Shown here one piece after another: positions 33,861-45,690 of a stretch of DNA of 64,000 nucleotides (within the stretch, counting starts at the first letter, position 1; each line of letters opens with the position of its first letter). The notes beneath the pieces are model-generated. The model made no database searches. It saw nothing but the letters and a program-made list of their open reading frames with translations, and was not told the origin of the DNA. A program made the position numbers and the translations under genes. Source of the DNA: Diplonema japonicum (taxonomy: Eukaryota > Protista > Euglenozoa: Diplonemea); contig OZ025712.1 of assembly GCA_964019335.1 (NCBI GenBank), positions 1 to 64,000 on the forward strand. Reading direction: 5' to 3'.

Positions 33861-35921
33861 CTACCTTACCTGCTGTGCTACCTCATACGAGAAAGACTCA
33901 GGCGCCATCATGTGTTTTTTCAGGAAGTTATCATCAAAAAAAGGAGTAAGAGTATCTAGGTAGCTTGAGGTACGTGCTTCTTCACACATGAGAATGTCTT
34001 CAGGTGAGTCAATGACCACTCGGAGTAGCATCCTGTCCATTTCAGGCGTTCGCTGTGAAGTGCCGAAGTAGGCAGCCACGGCAATGGAGTATTTTCGTTC
34101 GTTGATGGCAAGCAGCATGAGGTTCAGGGGGACCTCCTCGCCACCTGGGAGGGTTTCCCAAGGGAAGCATTTCAGCACTTCCAAACCCCACTGTAACAGG
34201 TTACCCGCACGGCACACATGCACCACCGCCGCACCACAAGCACCATCCACAGCACCCAACTCGTATGCATCCTCTAGCATGTTCATCGCCATCGCGGGGT
34301 CTTCGTACCTGCACGACTTGATCACCTGAAGCGTCTCCCAAGACGTGGGGTGGCTGATCCCTTGGTAGACCCCCATAGCACTCTCCCACATGTAACCTTC
34401 GCACAGCGTCTCCAGCACAGTGTCACGGAACTCGCCAGTTACTTCGTAGCCCGCCGCCTCACAGTAGTTATACAGCCATAGCAACACAAAGTGTGCATTC
34501 ACGTGCTGCAACACCGACACCACAGAGATGAAGTCAACCCCTGCCTCCAAGTGCTCTACAAGGTGCCGCTTCGCTTCCTCTGCTTTCCCTAGCTGCAGAG
34601 CACACGTCACAAGCAAAGTGAGTGACTTAGTGTCGTGAGCGATGCTCGGATCGGCAAGCACCTCATACGCACGGAGGCTTTGGGCCTTTTTCACATATCC
34701 AGCAGCAAGGTGGTGAGCTGCTGTTGTAGTGCGCACCTCAAGGTCCTCATAGATGCCTTGGGCTCTGTCGAGGTCGCCTCTGTCGCACCATGCCTTGATG
34801 AAGAGTGGTGTGATGAGGGAAGGGTTACGCGACTTCATTGACAAGGTGGTGGCCGTAGACAAGTCCCCTGCGCGCACTGCAGCTTCAATCACAATGCTGA
34901 GCAGTTTGTCATCTGCTTGGAAAGACTCGGAGCTGCTGAGGTTCATGTACGTGGTGACAGCCTCTGTCAGCCGCGTGCACTTGACGAGGTACTTCAAGTA
35001 CAGTGTGTACGTGATGCTGTCGCGAGGTACTCCCTGTGCCTCCATCGTGTCGAACACGAGCACAGTGCTTGGGCATGACATGCGGCTGAGTGCCGTGAGT
35101 GCCGCATTGCCCACCTCCGTTGACCACGAGGCACGCTGCCAGAGGTTGCGCACGGTGTCTGAGTACTGGGTTGTGGGCTTCTTTACGCCCGCGAAGCACA
35201 TGATGGTCATCGTCAGGCTGAGAATGTTGGCTTCGACACCCACTGCCTCCATCCTATCGAGGAGGTGCATACCTGTTGCATAATCAGCATGCTTGGAGCA
35301 GTGGGTGATCATGGCGTTGTACAACTCGGTAGAGGCAAGGGGGTGGCTGAGGATGTTCACACACCTCGAGGTATGCTGCATCTCGGAGTAGGAGGTCAGG
35401 CAAAGGGAGAGAGTGGTACTGGTCTGCACAACGCCTTTCCTCCGCATGCGTTGGTGGATGGTGGCGACAAGGTCGTGCCGCTGGGAAACCTGACAGTTGT
35501 GCATCACTTGGTTGTAATGAACCTCGGAGGGAGCGGGCATGCTGTCCAGGTAGGCTAGTGACTTCCTCCAAAGGCGGGCCTTGCCGTAAGCGGAGAGAAG
35601 CGACGCTTGGCAATGCGCATCCTTGGGGACACCGGGGAAGCTCTTGTTATAGATCCTGACAGCGTCCCTCCACAGACCTTGCTTCAAAGAGGCTGTCATG
35701 GCGATGCTTACAGCACGCTGCGCTTCGTGCTTCGAAAGCAGGTGCACCGTAGGACTCCTCAGCATCTTGTGAAAGAGCGACACAGACTCACGATGCCGCT
35801 TTGCACGTGAAAGCGCGTACACAACAGGAAGTTGTGCCTTCGCAGTACGCTTGGGCGGCGGGAGCCTGTGGAACATTCTCAAGCATTCTTTCACATCTCT
35901 CACCGCAGACCACAGCTGCAT
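33861..35921 (-). CDS. Pentatricopeptide-repeat (PPR) protein, likely mitochondrial
   Basis: Repeated 35-aa motifs (YNAMITHCSK..M...GVEAN, M...GVPRDSITY). Confidence 0.85.
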   Translation of the reverse strand: MQLWSAVRDVKECLRMFHRLPPPKRTAKAQLPVVYALSRAKRHRESVSLFHKMLRSPTVHLLSKHEAQRAVSIAMTASLKQGLWRDAVRIYNKSFPGVPKDAHCQASLLSAYGKARLWRKSLAYLDSMPAPSEVHYNQVMHNCQVSQRHDLVATIHQRMRRKGVVQTSTTLSLCLTSYSEMQHTSRCVNILSHPLASTELYNAMITHCSKHADYATGMHLLDRMEAVGVEANILSLTMTIMCFAGVKKPTTQYSDTVRNLWQRASWSTEVGNAALTALSRMSCPSTVLVFDTMEAQGVPRDSITYTLYLKYLVKCTRLTEAVTTYMNLSSSESFQADDKLLSIVIEAAVRAGDLSTATTLSMKSRNPSLITPLFIKAWCDRGDLDRAQGIYEDLEVRTTTAAHHLAAGYVKKAQSLRAYEVLADPSIAHDTKSLTLLVTCALQLGKAEEAKRHLVEHLEAGVDFISVVSVLQHVNAHFVLLWLYNYCEAAGYEVTGEFRDTVLETLCEGYMWESAMGVYQGISHPTSWETLQVIKSCRYEDPAMAMNMLEDAYELGAVDGACGAAVVHVCRAGNLLQWGLEVLKCFPWETLPGGEEVPLNLMLLAINERKYSIAVAAYFGTSQRTPEMDRMLLRVVIDSPEDILMCEEARTSSYLDTLTPFFDDNFLKKHMMAPESFSYEVAQQVR

Positions 35922-36935
35922 CCTACAAGTAGCTTCGCTGCAACATGAGTCAGCTTGCTCCCTTACATGTGATGACTTAGCAGATTGACTACGTTCGATG
36001 AAAAGAAGCAAGGGGTAAACAGGAGGGTGGAGGGGGAGGAGTTGGTGGTGGGGAGTTCTTTTGTGTTTTTTTTTTTGCTGAGTATTGAGGGAAAGAAAAA
36101 AGAATAAAGGGGGGGGGGTCATAAAAGAGGGGCAGGCCTGCTGTGTGTGTCTGTTTGTAACTTATAACACGTTGCCAACGTTCTCCCTTTTGTATTGACA
36201 AGTCAGAGACTCATTCTTGCAACAAAAAAAAGGGGGGAAAAAAAAGGAAAGATATCAACGGGTAATACTCTCTTTCATGTCTTTTTTTTTTTTTGTTTCA
36301 TTCGCAGGTTGTGAGCTCTGCGTTGCGACAAGAAAGAAAGAAAAAAAAAAGCAAAAAGGAGCGCAACAGAAAAAAAAAAAAGGAAAAAAAAAAAAGAAAA
36401 GAACAACACACTATTCATGCTGGGAAGAGGGAAAAAAAAAAAAAAAAGGCAAGGGGGGAGAACAGGGACACAGTGGACAGAGAGTAGAAAGGAAAATGAA
36501 AGAAAACAAAACAAAAAAGAAAAACAAGCAACAAGAAAAAACTTAAAAGAAAAGGAAACACTTCTTTTCCCCCTCCTTTTTCTTTTTATTGTTCTGAAGA
36601 AGTTCACTTCACAAAGAAGAATAATTTAAAAAAAAGAAAAAACAAAGACAAAAAAAAACTCAGTAGGCATTTCTTTTTAAAGTATATATTCACTCATGCC
36701 AACCCCACTCTGTCCTTAGGCCTCTCAGGGCTTTCGTCAGCAATAGACTACACATGGTCGAGACACGGGGAAAAGAACTAAGAGAAAAAGAAAAACAAGG
36801 AGGGAAAAGGACATTTTTTTATTATCCAACCCTCTTTCCACTCCCTCCTCCACTCCCCCCCCCACCTTTCTTTATTTCTTTTCTCAGTTGCATCCCCCCA
36901 CATCTCTCTCTTTTTTTTTTCTTTCTCTCTTTCCA

Positions 36936-36973
<38 letters not shown>

Positions 36974-37139
36974 AGGGTTAGAAAATTGTCATGGAATAAA
37001 AAAAAAAAAAAAAAAAAAAAAAAGAAAGAAAGAAAGAAATTCACACGCATGACTATTACAACCCTCTATCTTATTTTTTTTTTTTTTTTCCTTTTCTTTT
37101 CTTTTCTTTTCTTTTCTTCTCCCTCTCACCCTTCCTTTT

Positions 37140-37948
<809 letters not shown>

Positions 37949-38105
37949 TTATTTTTTTTAGACGAAGTCACAAAATCCGTTCTTGCAGGCAAAAAAAAAA
38001 AAAGAAAAGGGAAAAATAACTTACGTTTTGAAAGAAAAAAAAAATACCATAGCCAAACCAAATAAAAACATGGAGGGATTCACCCCCCCCCCCCCCCCCC
38101 CCCCC

Positions 38106-38284
38106 CAGGGCTATGCTGGCAGGAAACGTGGAAACGTTTCCGTTTCCGTTTCCATACTTTTCAAAATTCTTATGGAAACGGCTTCCTTCTTAAGGAAACA
38201 TAAGGAAACGTTTCCGTATCCGTTTCCGTTTCCCTTTTTTTCAAAAAATGCATGGAAACGCGTTTCCATGCCAGCATAGCCCTA
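38106..38284. mobile_element. Short MITE-like element with 15-bp TIRs and internal GGAAAC/GTTTCC repeats
   Basis: agggctatgctggca (38107-38121) is the reverse complement of tgccagcatagccct (38269-38283); noncoding. Confidence 0.7.
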
Positions 38285-38729
38285 GGGGGGGTCATATGGT
38301 CCTTAAAAAAGGGCCACTTTTTGCCCTTTTTCAGGCTCTTCGCCAAGGGCATTTTGGGCCCTTAAAAAAACTGTAACCACCCCAAAAGTGCCCACAAATC
38401 ACCCAAACCCCCGTTTCCCGATGGTTTCCGGCCCCAGAAGTGCCCAGAATCATGTTCTAATTTTGGGGCCCCCGTTTGGTACTTTCCCTATGTAATCCTA
38501 GGGAACATAAAATAGGGGCCCCTAGGATTACATAGGGAAAGTACCAAACGGGGGCCCCAAAATTAGAACATGATTCTGGGCACTTCTGGGGCCGGAAACC
38601 ATCGGGAAACGGGGGTTTGGGTGATTTGTGGGCACTTTTGGGGTGGTTACAGTTTTTTTAAGGGCCCAAAATGCCCTTGGCGAAGAGCCTGAAAAAGGGC
38701 AAATAACGACCCCCTTATGACCCCCCCTA
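38283..38729. mobile_element. Foldback/MITE-like element with 14-bp TIRs and an internal 184-bp perfect inverted repeat
   Basis: tagggggggtcata (38283-38296) / tatgaccccccctA (38716-38729); arms 38320-38503 and 38520-38703 are reverse complements with a 16-nt spacer. Confidence 0.75.
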
Positions 38730-38814
38730 CCCCCCCCCCCCCCCCCCCCGGCATCAATGTATTATGTTGCTATGTACAGACTTTTTTTTTTTGTTCCCTC
38801 TTTTGTTGAAAACG

Positions 38815-39471
38815 TCAAGTAGGGGTCGAAAGTCGCTTCACCTCGTTTTTCACACGGAGGACTTCCTTTTGTACGTCACGCTCACGATAGACATCCCACA
38901 CAGTGCAGGCATGGGGGGTCCACTTGGCCATCCTGTATTTGGCCTTAGTGCAGGCAACAAGCTCTTGAAAGGCGACGTCCTCGGGAGCCTTTGCTTCTGT
39001 GGGGGTGTCTGCAAGCGCTGCCACGTCACGGGTTTCATCATAAAATGAGGACCGGCAACGTGAGCGCAGCAGGGAGGGGTAGGAACCGAATGACTTTTCG
39101 GTTTCTAGCATGTTGTAGAGTACCAAGCCTGTGAGTGGCTTTTTCGATAAGAGTGTGGCAGGTTTCTCATAGGCCGGGGGCGTTTTTTTATTGGTCTTGA
39201 ACCATATGTTTTGGCAGTCAGTTCTCGTGACTACCTTCTTGGGGATCTCGTGGTCTCCTTTGAAACTGTTGTAAAGCGGTTTCAAAACAGCCTTCCCCAA
39301 CGGCTGCGCCACCACTACCCCTCCTTTTTTCCCTTTCCCGCGCAACACCCCGCTGCAGCCCTCCGGGGTCTGCACCCGTCTGAACCGTTCCAGTCTGCTC
39401 AGCGTCCTGTTGCCACTGCTCATGGTGACATCCGCCGCCGCCAGTTCTCCGGTGTCAAAGGGTAGTTTCAT
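38815..39471 (-). CDS. Hypothetical basic protein
   Basis: 218-aa ATG ORF of complex sequence flanked by low-complexity intergenic DNA. Confidence 0.6.
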   Translation of the reverse strand: MKLPFDTGELAAADVTMSSGNRTLSRLERFRRVQTPEGCSGVLRGKGKKGGVVVAQPLGKAVLKPLYNSFKGDHEIPKKVVTRTDCQNIWFKTNKKTPPAYEKPATLLSKKPLTGLVLYNMLETEKSFGSYPSLLRSRCRSSFYDETRDVAALADTPTEAKAPEDVAFQELVACTKAKYRMAKWTPHACTVWDVYRERDVQKEVLRVKNEVKRLSTPT

Positions 39472-40832
39472 TTTTTTTCCCCCCTTCCCTCCCCCTCCTT
39501 TTTATGAATTGCTTTTCAATAAAATTTGTTGGAAGAAAAAAAAAAGGGGGGGAGAAAAAAAAATGCTGACAGCATGATAAGAGAAAAACTTTTTTCCGGG
39601 ATGGGAGAGGGGGGGAGGGGGGGCAAGAGAAAAAAAAAAAAAACCTTGCCCTTTTTGGTTTTGCAAATGGTGTCTCATGTGAACACAAGAAAAAAAAAAG
39701 GGGGGATAAGACTTACAAAAAGAAAAAAGTTGTTGGGGTGAATGGAGGGAAAAAAAAATGGAGGGTGAGGGGCAGGATCAACCTGTGCCTGAGACGCATG
39801 ACTATAGTCAGAACAAGCATTTTCTATTACGCTCTGCTGCAGCCCGCCCTAAGGGAGCTTCGCTAGTGCTGCCACCTGCGTACTTTTGCGTGTGTGTGGC
39901 TCTTTGATCATATGTTTACGTACCTCTGGGGTGGGGTGGGGTGGGGGACAGTGTGAAAACAGAACAAGGGGGAAAGAAAAAAAAAAAGGCAAGAAGAGGA
40001 GTGCTGCCCTCTCCCCACTACCTTTCTATTGTAGCTATAAAATTTTCTTCTTTTTTTTTTGAACAAAAAAAAAAAAGACACTCTTTTTCCTTCTTCATGT
40101 TTTTTTTTTTTTATTTTTTTTTTATTTCGGCCTTCTATATTACCTTCTGCCCCATCTCCCCCCCCTTTTTTTTAAAACCTATCTTTTCTTTTTTCCCCCT
40201 TCTTCTTCTTCTCATTCTCTTCCTTTGTTTTTCTTTTTTTTTAAAAAAAACAGGTATAAAAATAAAGTGAGAAAAATCTTTTTCTTACCTCTTTTATGAC
40301 AACAAAACAAATACCCCCCTTTCTTTGCAAAGACCCGCAAGGACATGAAAGCCTTTCTTGGTTCTTGAGAAGCTGCATTTCTTTTTTAACTTCCGTTCCT
40401 TCCACCACAGGTGGGGGGGAAGTGTCTCAAAATCCTTTTCTTTCCCCCCTTTCTCTCAGCCAGAATTAGTGGGAGGGGGTGGGGTGGGGGGAAATTTTAT
40501 TTTGTGAACCAGAAAAAAACAAAGGAGTAACAAATTAAGAAAACAACCGAAGTTTTCTCCGCTCAGCACAACGTAGGCAAAAGTTTCAGCCTTATCTTCT
40601 TTGTTCTCTCTCTCTCTTTTTTTCCTTTTTTTTATACCCTTTTTGCATTTAAAAAAAAGGGGGGGGAAGAAGAGAGAAAATGGGGGGAAAAAAAGAAAAG
40701 AAAAAAAAAAGAAAAAAAAGGACCAGAACACCGAAATAGTTGTACTAACTAAACAAAACCGAAGGTTTCTTCCCCCTTCTTCTTCTTATTCTTCTTCTTT
40801 TTTTTTTCCTTATAAATATTTCTTTTTTTTTT

Positions 40833-43800
40833 TTATCCCTCTTCATCTATATTGGGGGTGTGTCTTCCATGTGCTTCCTCTCCCTCTTCTTCTTCTTCTT
40901 CTTTTTCATTTTCGTTTTCGTTTTCTACCTCTTCTTCGTCTTCAGTAAGCATAAGCTCATCATCATCCAAATCTATAGTATCGCTCAGCTCCGGAAATCT
41001 AAGAGGAGAGATAATGAGATGGGGAGAGTCATCCCCTGAACGTGATAGTACGGGTTCCGTATGCTTCCTTGCAGTCATGACCCCCCCGTCTGAATGAACT
41101 AGCTCTTCATCACCATCATCGTGGCCATATGGCGCATTACGGCTAGAGTCAAGTGGGCTGGTGATCTCAAGGTTGCTATTCAAAGGCGTGTGCATCTCGA
41201 GCAAAGGCACCAGAGGAACTATAGGAGGACGTGTCGACCGATCCTCGTGGGGTTTGTCCACCTCATTTTCTTCCATCTCATGTGCTGTCTTCACCACCAC
41301 CATCGCTGCCGCCACTGCGGTCAGCGAAATTGTTTGCTGTTTCCGTTTTCGGATTTTGACGTATCTCTTCCACCTCTCCTGTATCCTCAAAGCAGCAAAG
41401 AGGTGATACACCGTAAAGGCCTCGTCCTGTGCGTACGGGATAAAAAAAGAAGAGAAAAAAAAACCCCCATACATCATCCGACTTCGTGAACTTTGCAAGT
41501 AGCGGCATGTCCTCTTCTTGTATGTTGAACAGCTTCTTGCTTATCGACCTTAGCGAGTCGATGTATCTTTGTTTTTTTTTTAAAGAAGTTAGTTTTCATA
41601 TATACCTCAACTTCCCCTCGCGTGTGATGGGGATCGACAGGAACCTCAAGTGCCGTATCATCTCAGGGATGCTCTCGGGCCGTCGTAGCCCGATGGGCGG
41701 TGGAAGCGATCGTAAAATGAACAAAAAATCGACGATGTGCAGCCAGCCGCGTCCTTTGGGATCAAACTTGAGCCACGTCTCCTTGAACTCGTAGAGCATC
41801 TCGTGCGCGAGGTCGTGCGTCTGCTGGTCGCTGAAATTTTCCAACACAACGGTGATGAAGAGATTCACCGAGATCAAGCTGCCAATCACCATGAAAGTGC
41901 AGAAGTAAATGACGGCCCCGACACGATCGGCACCTGTATGTTCTTCTTTTTTTTTCTCTTCCCTTCCACGTCATACCACAGTCGCCTGCAACCTGACACC
42001 CGTCCTGGTCGTTGATGGTGTCCTCCATGACGTCGTTCCACTTTTCTGTGGTGGAGATGGTGTACAGAGTGATGACAGCCTTCCCTGTGTGGTGTTGCAT
42101 GAGGTAGAATGTGGGGACGTACCTAAGTTGGTGAAGTTCAACCATTTGTTCAGCGAGTCACCTTGCCGCACCTCGCCGAAGATCTGAACCCCAAGCACCG
42201 CGAAGTTGAAGTACATTACAAGCAGCAGCATCGCAATATTCATCAACGACGGCAGTGCATAGTACAGAGTCCCGAACAGCAAGGCCAGCTCCTGATAAGA
42301 TGGGTGAATGTGTTGGCAAATGTCAAATACCTCAGCCTTCTTGATTAGTCTGAACAACCTCGCTACTCTGAGGATTCTGAACACCTGCACTGATGTGTTC
42401 CCAATCGCCAGGCCTCCAAAGGAGAGTACCACCAACGCAAAATCGAACCTGTTCCAGCTGTCCTTGAAGTACTTCTTCTTCATGACAACAATCTTCAGCA
42501 GCGCTTCCACCGCGAACAACACTAAGAAGCCCAGGTTCGCATTTTTCTCAAACTTCTCCAAGTCCTCCGGCTGCTTGTAGTGCCGCAGGGACATCACCGC
42601 CACGTTGGCACAGATAGCCACTGTGATCCCGGTATCGAACTGTAATGTGTTGTTGCTACCCTACAACAGCCATACCCATGGGTGATACACAACAGCGAAC
42701 AACACCCTTCGGATGCCGTCTTTTGGCGGGATGGGTCTGTGAAGGGGTTTTTTTTAAGATAGGTTTTGATATATGTGCATACTTTGGATCCAGTGCAATT
42801 CTCCCCAACCCTTTCTGGGATTTCACCCATTGCTGTTGGTCGGGTGTCAGAAAGGCGCTTCCTTCGAGCTGTTTCCTGAGCATGGTGAACCTGTCAATAA
42901 GCAGGCCGATGAACAGGTTCAGAGCAAAGAAGTTTCCGACGACCATGAAGGCGATGAAGAAGAGGGCGTTGGGGGGGTGTGCGTCCCTGTGGTGCAAGAC
43001 GGACTCCGAGGTGGAATGCGCGTCGACGCCCAGCCACAGGATGTCTGCCCATGTCTCAGCAAAAGACACTTGGAACAGCGTAAGGAAGGACTCCCCGACG
43101 TTGTCGAAGTTGAAACGAGAGTTCACCCACGATCTATTCAGAGGAACGTCGGGCTGCAGAGGATCGCCCCAGATGTCTGATGCATCTGTCTTCGTCACAC
43201 AGCGGTGGCCGTCCCACCGGCAGAAAAACTGCAAGTCGTTCCCCATACAAGCTGTTTGGTTCATAAGAGTGGAACACAGCGGCACCATGTACTCCCCTAC
43301 ACAGTCCGTAATATTGAAAATACTAGGATCCGTGCACTGGTACATCTTGCCCTTGAACAATTGCACTCCGAGGATGGAAAAGACAAGGAAGATGAAGGTG
43401 GTGATGGCCAGCACATTCCCAATGTCAGGGAGGGCGTTAAACAAAGCCCGCACCACCACTTTGATGTTCTGGTTACGGATGATGAGCCGCAGCGTCCGCA
43501 GCGACCTGAACAACGCAAAGAACGGTATAAAAATACCCAAGATGGCAGTGATGCACACCACGAAGTCCACACGGTTCCATGTGTTGTATATGTATGGGCA
43601 GAGGTCCTCGTACTCCTCTGCTTCGTTCTGCCGCCTGATGATCTCAACAAGCCCCTTGTCCGCCTCTGTCTCTGCCTCCTCGTAGGGAATTGACACCACA
43701 GACTCGTCACGCCGCGAGCGGAACGAAATTGGCGTCTTTTTCGACTCGTCGTCGTCCTCTTCCTGGATAGTCTCCAGACTCTCCCTCGTGTCCTTGTCAC

Positions 43801-45653
43801 CGATGAATCCGTAGACGATGATCTTCATCGTTGCCTCCACTGTGAATAGGATCACAAACACCAAGTCAGACACATCGAGGAATTGCCTGAACGCTGCAGG
43901 CTGGTCCTTTGTCCACGGCCCCTCCAAAGCAAGGGTCACTGTATTCAGAATAATCACAAACACGGTGAAGTAGTCGAACAGCTTGTGTCGCACCACCTTC
44001 GTGCAGCACACACGCACCGGGTTGTCTATCGCAAACAGGAACAAGGACTTACCTTTGTATAGCACAGCTGGTTGTTCTTTGTTCTCGGATGCGGACTCCC
44101 TAAACTCTGCGAAAGTAAGCTTGCAAAGAGATGTCGCCTTCTTCTGCAGCAGTCTGTTGGTGGTTGAGTATCGGGGGTTCAGCGGTGTTTTCACGGTGGA
44201 GCTGGTGGGTTTCAGGCTTCTCAACGACCGCACGCTGTCGGGAACGGGGAAGGACGTGAACACCTTGCTGCCCCTGCTGCTCAGTGCCCGTTGCCGTGTA
44301 ACTGCACTGTTCAAAGAAGTGCCGCTGTTGTACCTGTTCGTCTGGGGCTGGCTGGCAACAGACCTGTGTGAAGCTATGCTGTTGTACTTTCCAGGGTAGC
44401 TTGTTTTGCTGAACTTGATGTTAATCTTCGGCACCATCGGGGCTGTAGCGGTCACAAGGCTCCCGCTCCGTGCCCTGTCTGCGTCGGAGCTCTTCATGGA
44501 CGACACGCGCTCCATTCCACGTGGCCCTCGTGAACTGTCCTCAAGACCAGAGCTGTCCCACTTCATCATCTCGCTTCTGGCCATCTCTGACACGTAGAGC
44601 TGTCGCGCTTTCTTCCGCCGCTTCCGCTCGTCCCTTTGTAGTTTCCGTTTGGCGTCACGCTCCTTCCGTTCTTCCATTTCTTGAATATGCATGTGAGCAA
44701 AGTTGTCGATAAGGATAGCTATGAACAAGTTCATAAAGATGTAGTTTCCCAGCGAGAAGAGCGTAACGAAGTAAAGGGCGGCTGCGGGGCTGGTGGCATC
44801 CATCGCGGAGTGCATGATGCCGGCCCATCGTTCGCCGGTAATGACAACAAAGACGGTGATAGAGGCGTGCCACAGGGACTGGAAATTATTGCGCTCCTCT
44901 TGGGGGAGGGAGTTGGCAAAGAGTTGCACACCTAAAACACTGAACACAAAGATGAAGAGCAGCATAATAATACATAAATATACAGCGCTTGACAGAGAAC
45001 GCATGATGGTGGTGACCACTTCCTGTAGGGACTTGTTTCTTCGCAGCAATCGAGTGACTCTGAACGCTCGCAGTGCCCTGAACGCTGTCACCGAAGAAGA
45101 TCCACCACCGTTGTCGCTTGTTATCAGCGTGATAACCATTTCGGGAATAGAGATCACCACTAGCAGGAAGTCAAACCTGTTCCACCCATCAATGAAATAG
45201 CCCTTTAGGCTCAGTCCCACCATCTTCAGCAGCATCTCAAGAATGAAGACTAAGTTGCACACGAGAGATGTAATCTCAAGGAAGTTTTCTAGGTTCTTGG
45301 ATATGCCATGGTAGTCCATGCACATGACTAGGATGTTGAACGTGATCACAAACACAACGAACCTGTTGAACCATTTCCAATTCACAAACTTTTTCACCTT
45401 TCTGTTGTATGTCTCGTACCACTTTTTGTCTTCGCTGTCTTCGCTCTCTGTCTCGCTTTCTGTGTCGCTGTCCCCCGACTGCGTCGAGGCTGCATCCGTA
45501 GACGTCTCTCCCTCTGTGTGCACTTCGTCAGCTTCATCCCCTAGCTTCACTGTCTTGAAGTCAGTCCCGTTTAAAGGAAGACTGTTCTCGGTCGACCCAC
45601 AAGCCAGCGTGCGTTGCATCTCAGGATCGTCGTCTTCTTCTTGTATCACATGG

Positions 45654-45690
<37 letters not shown>

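Noticed and set aside
36109-36123. G-run+TCATA matching the foldback element TIR
   Set aside because: Mostly homopolymer, no partner TIR nearby; could be chance
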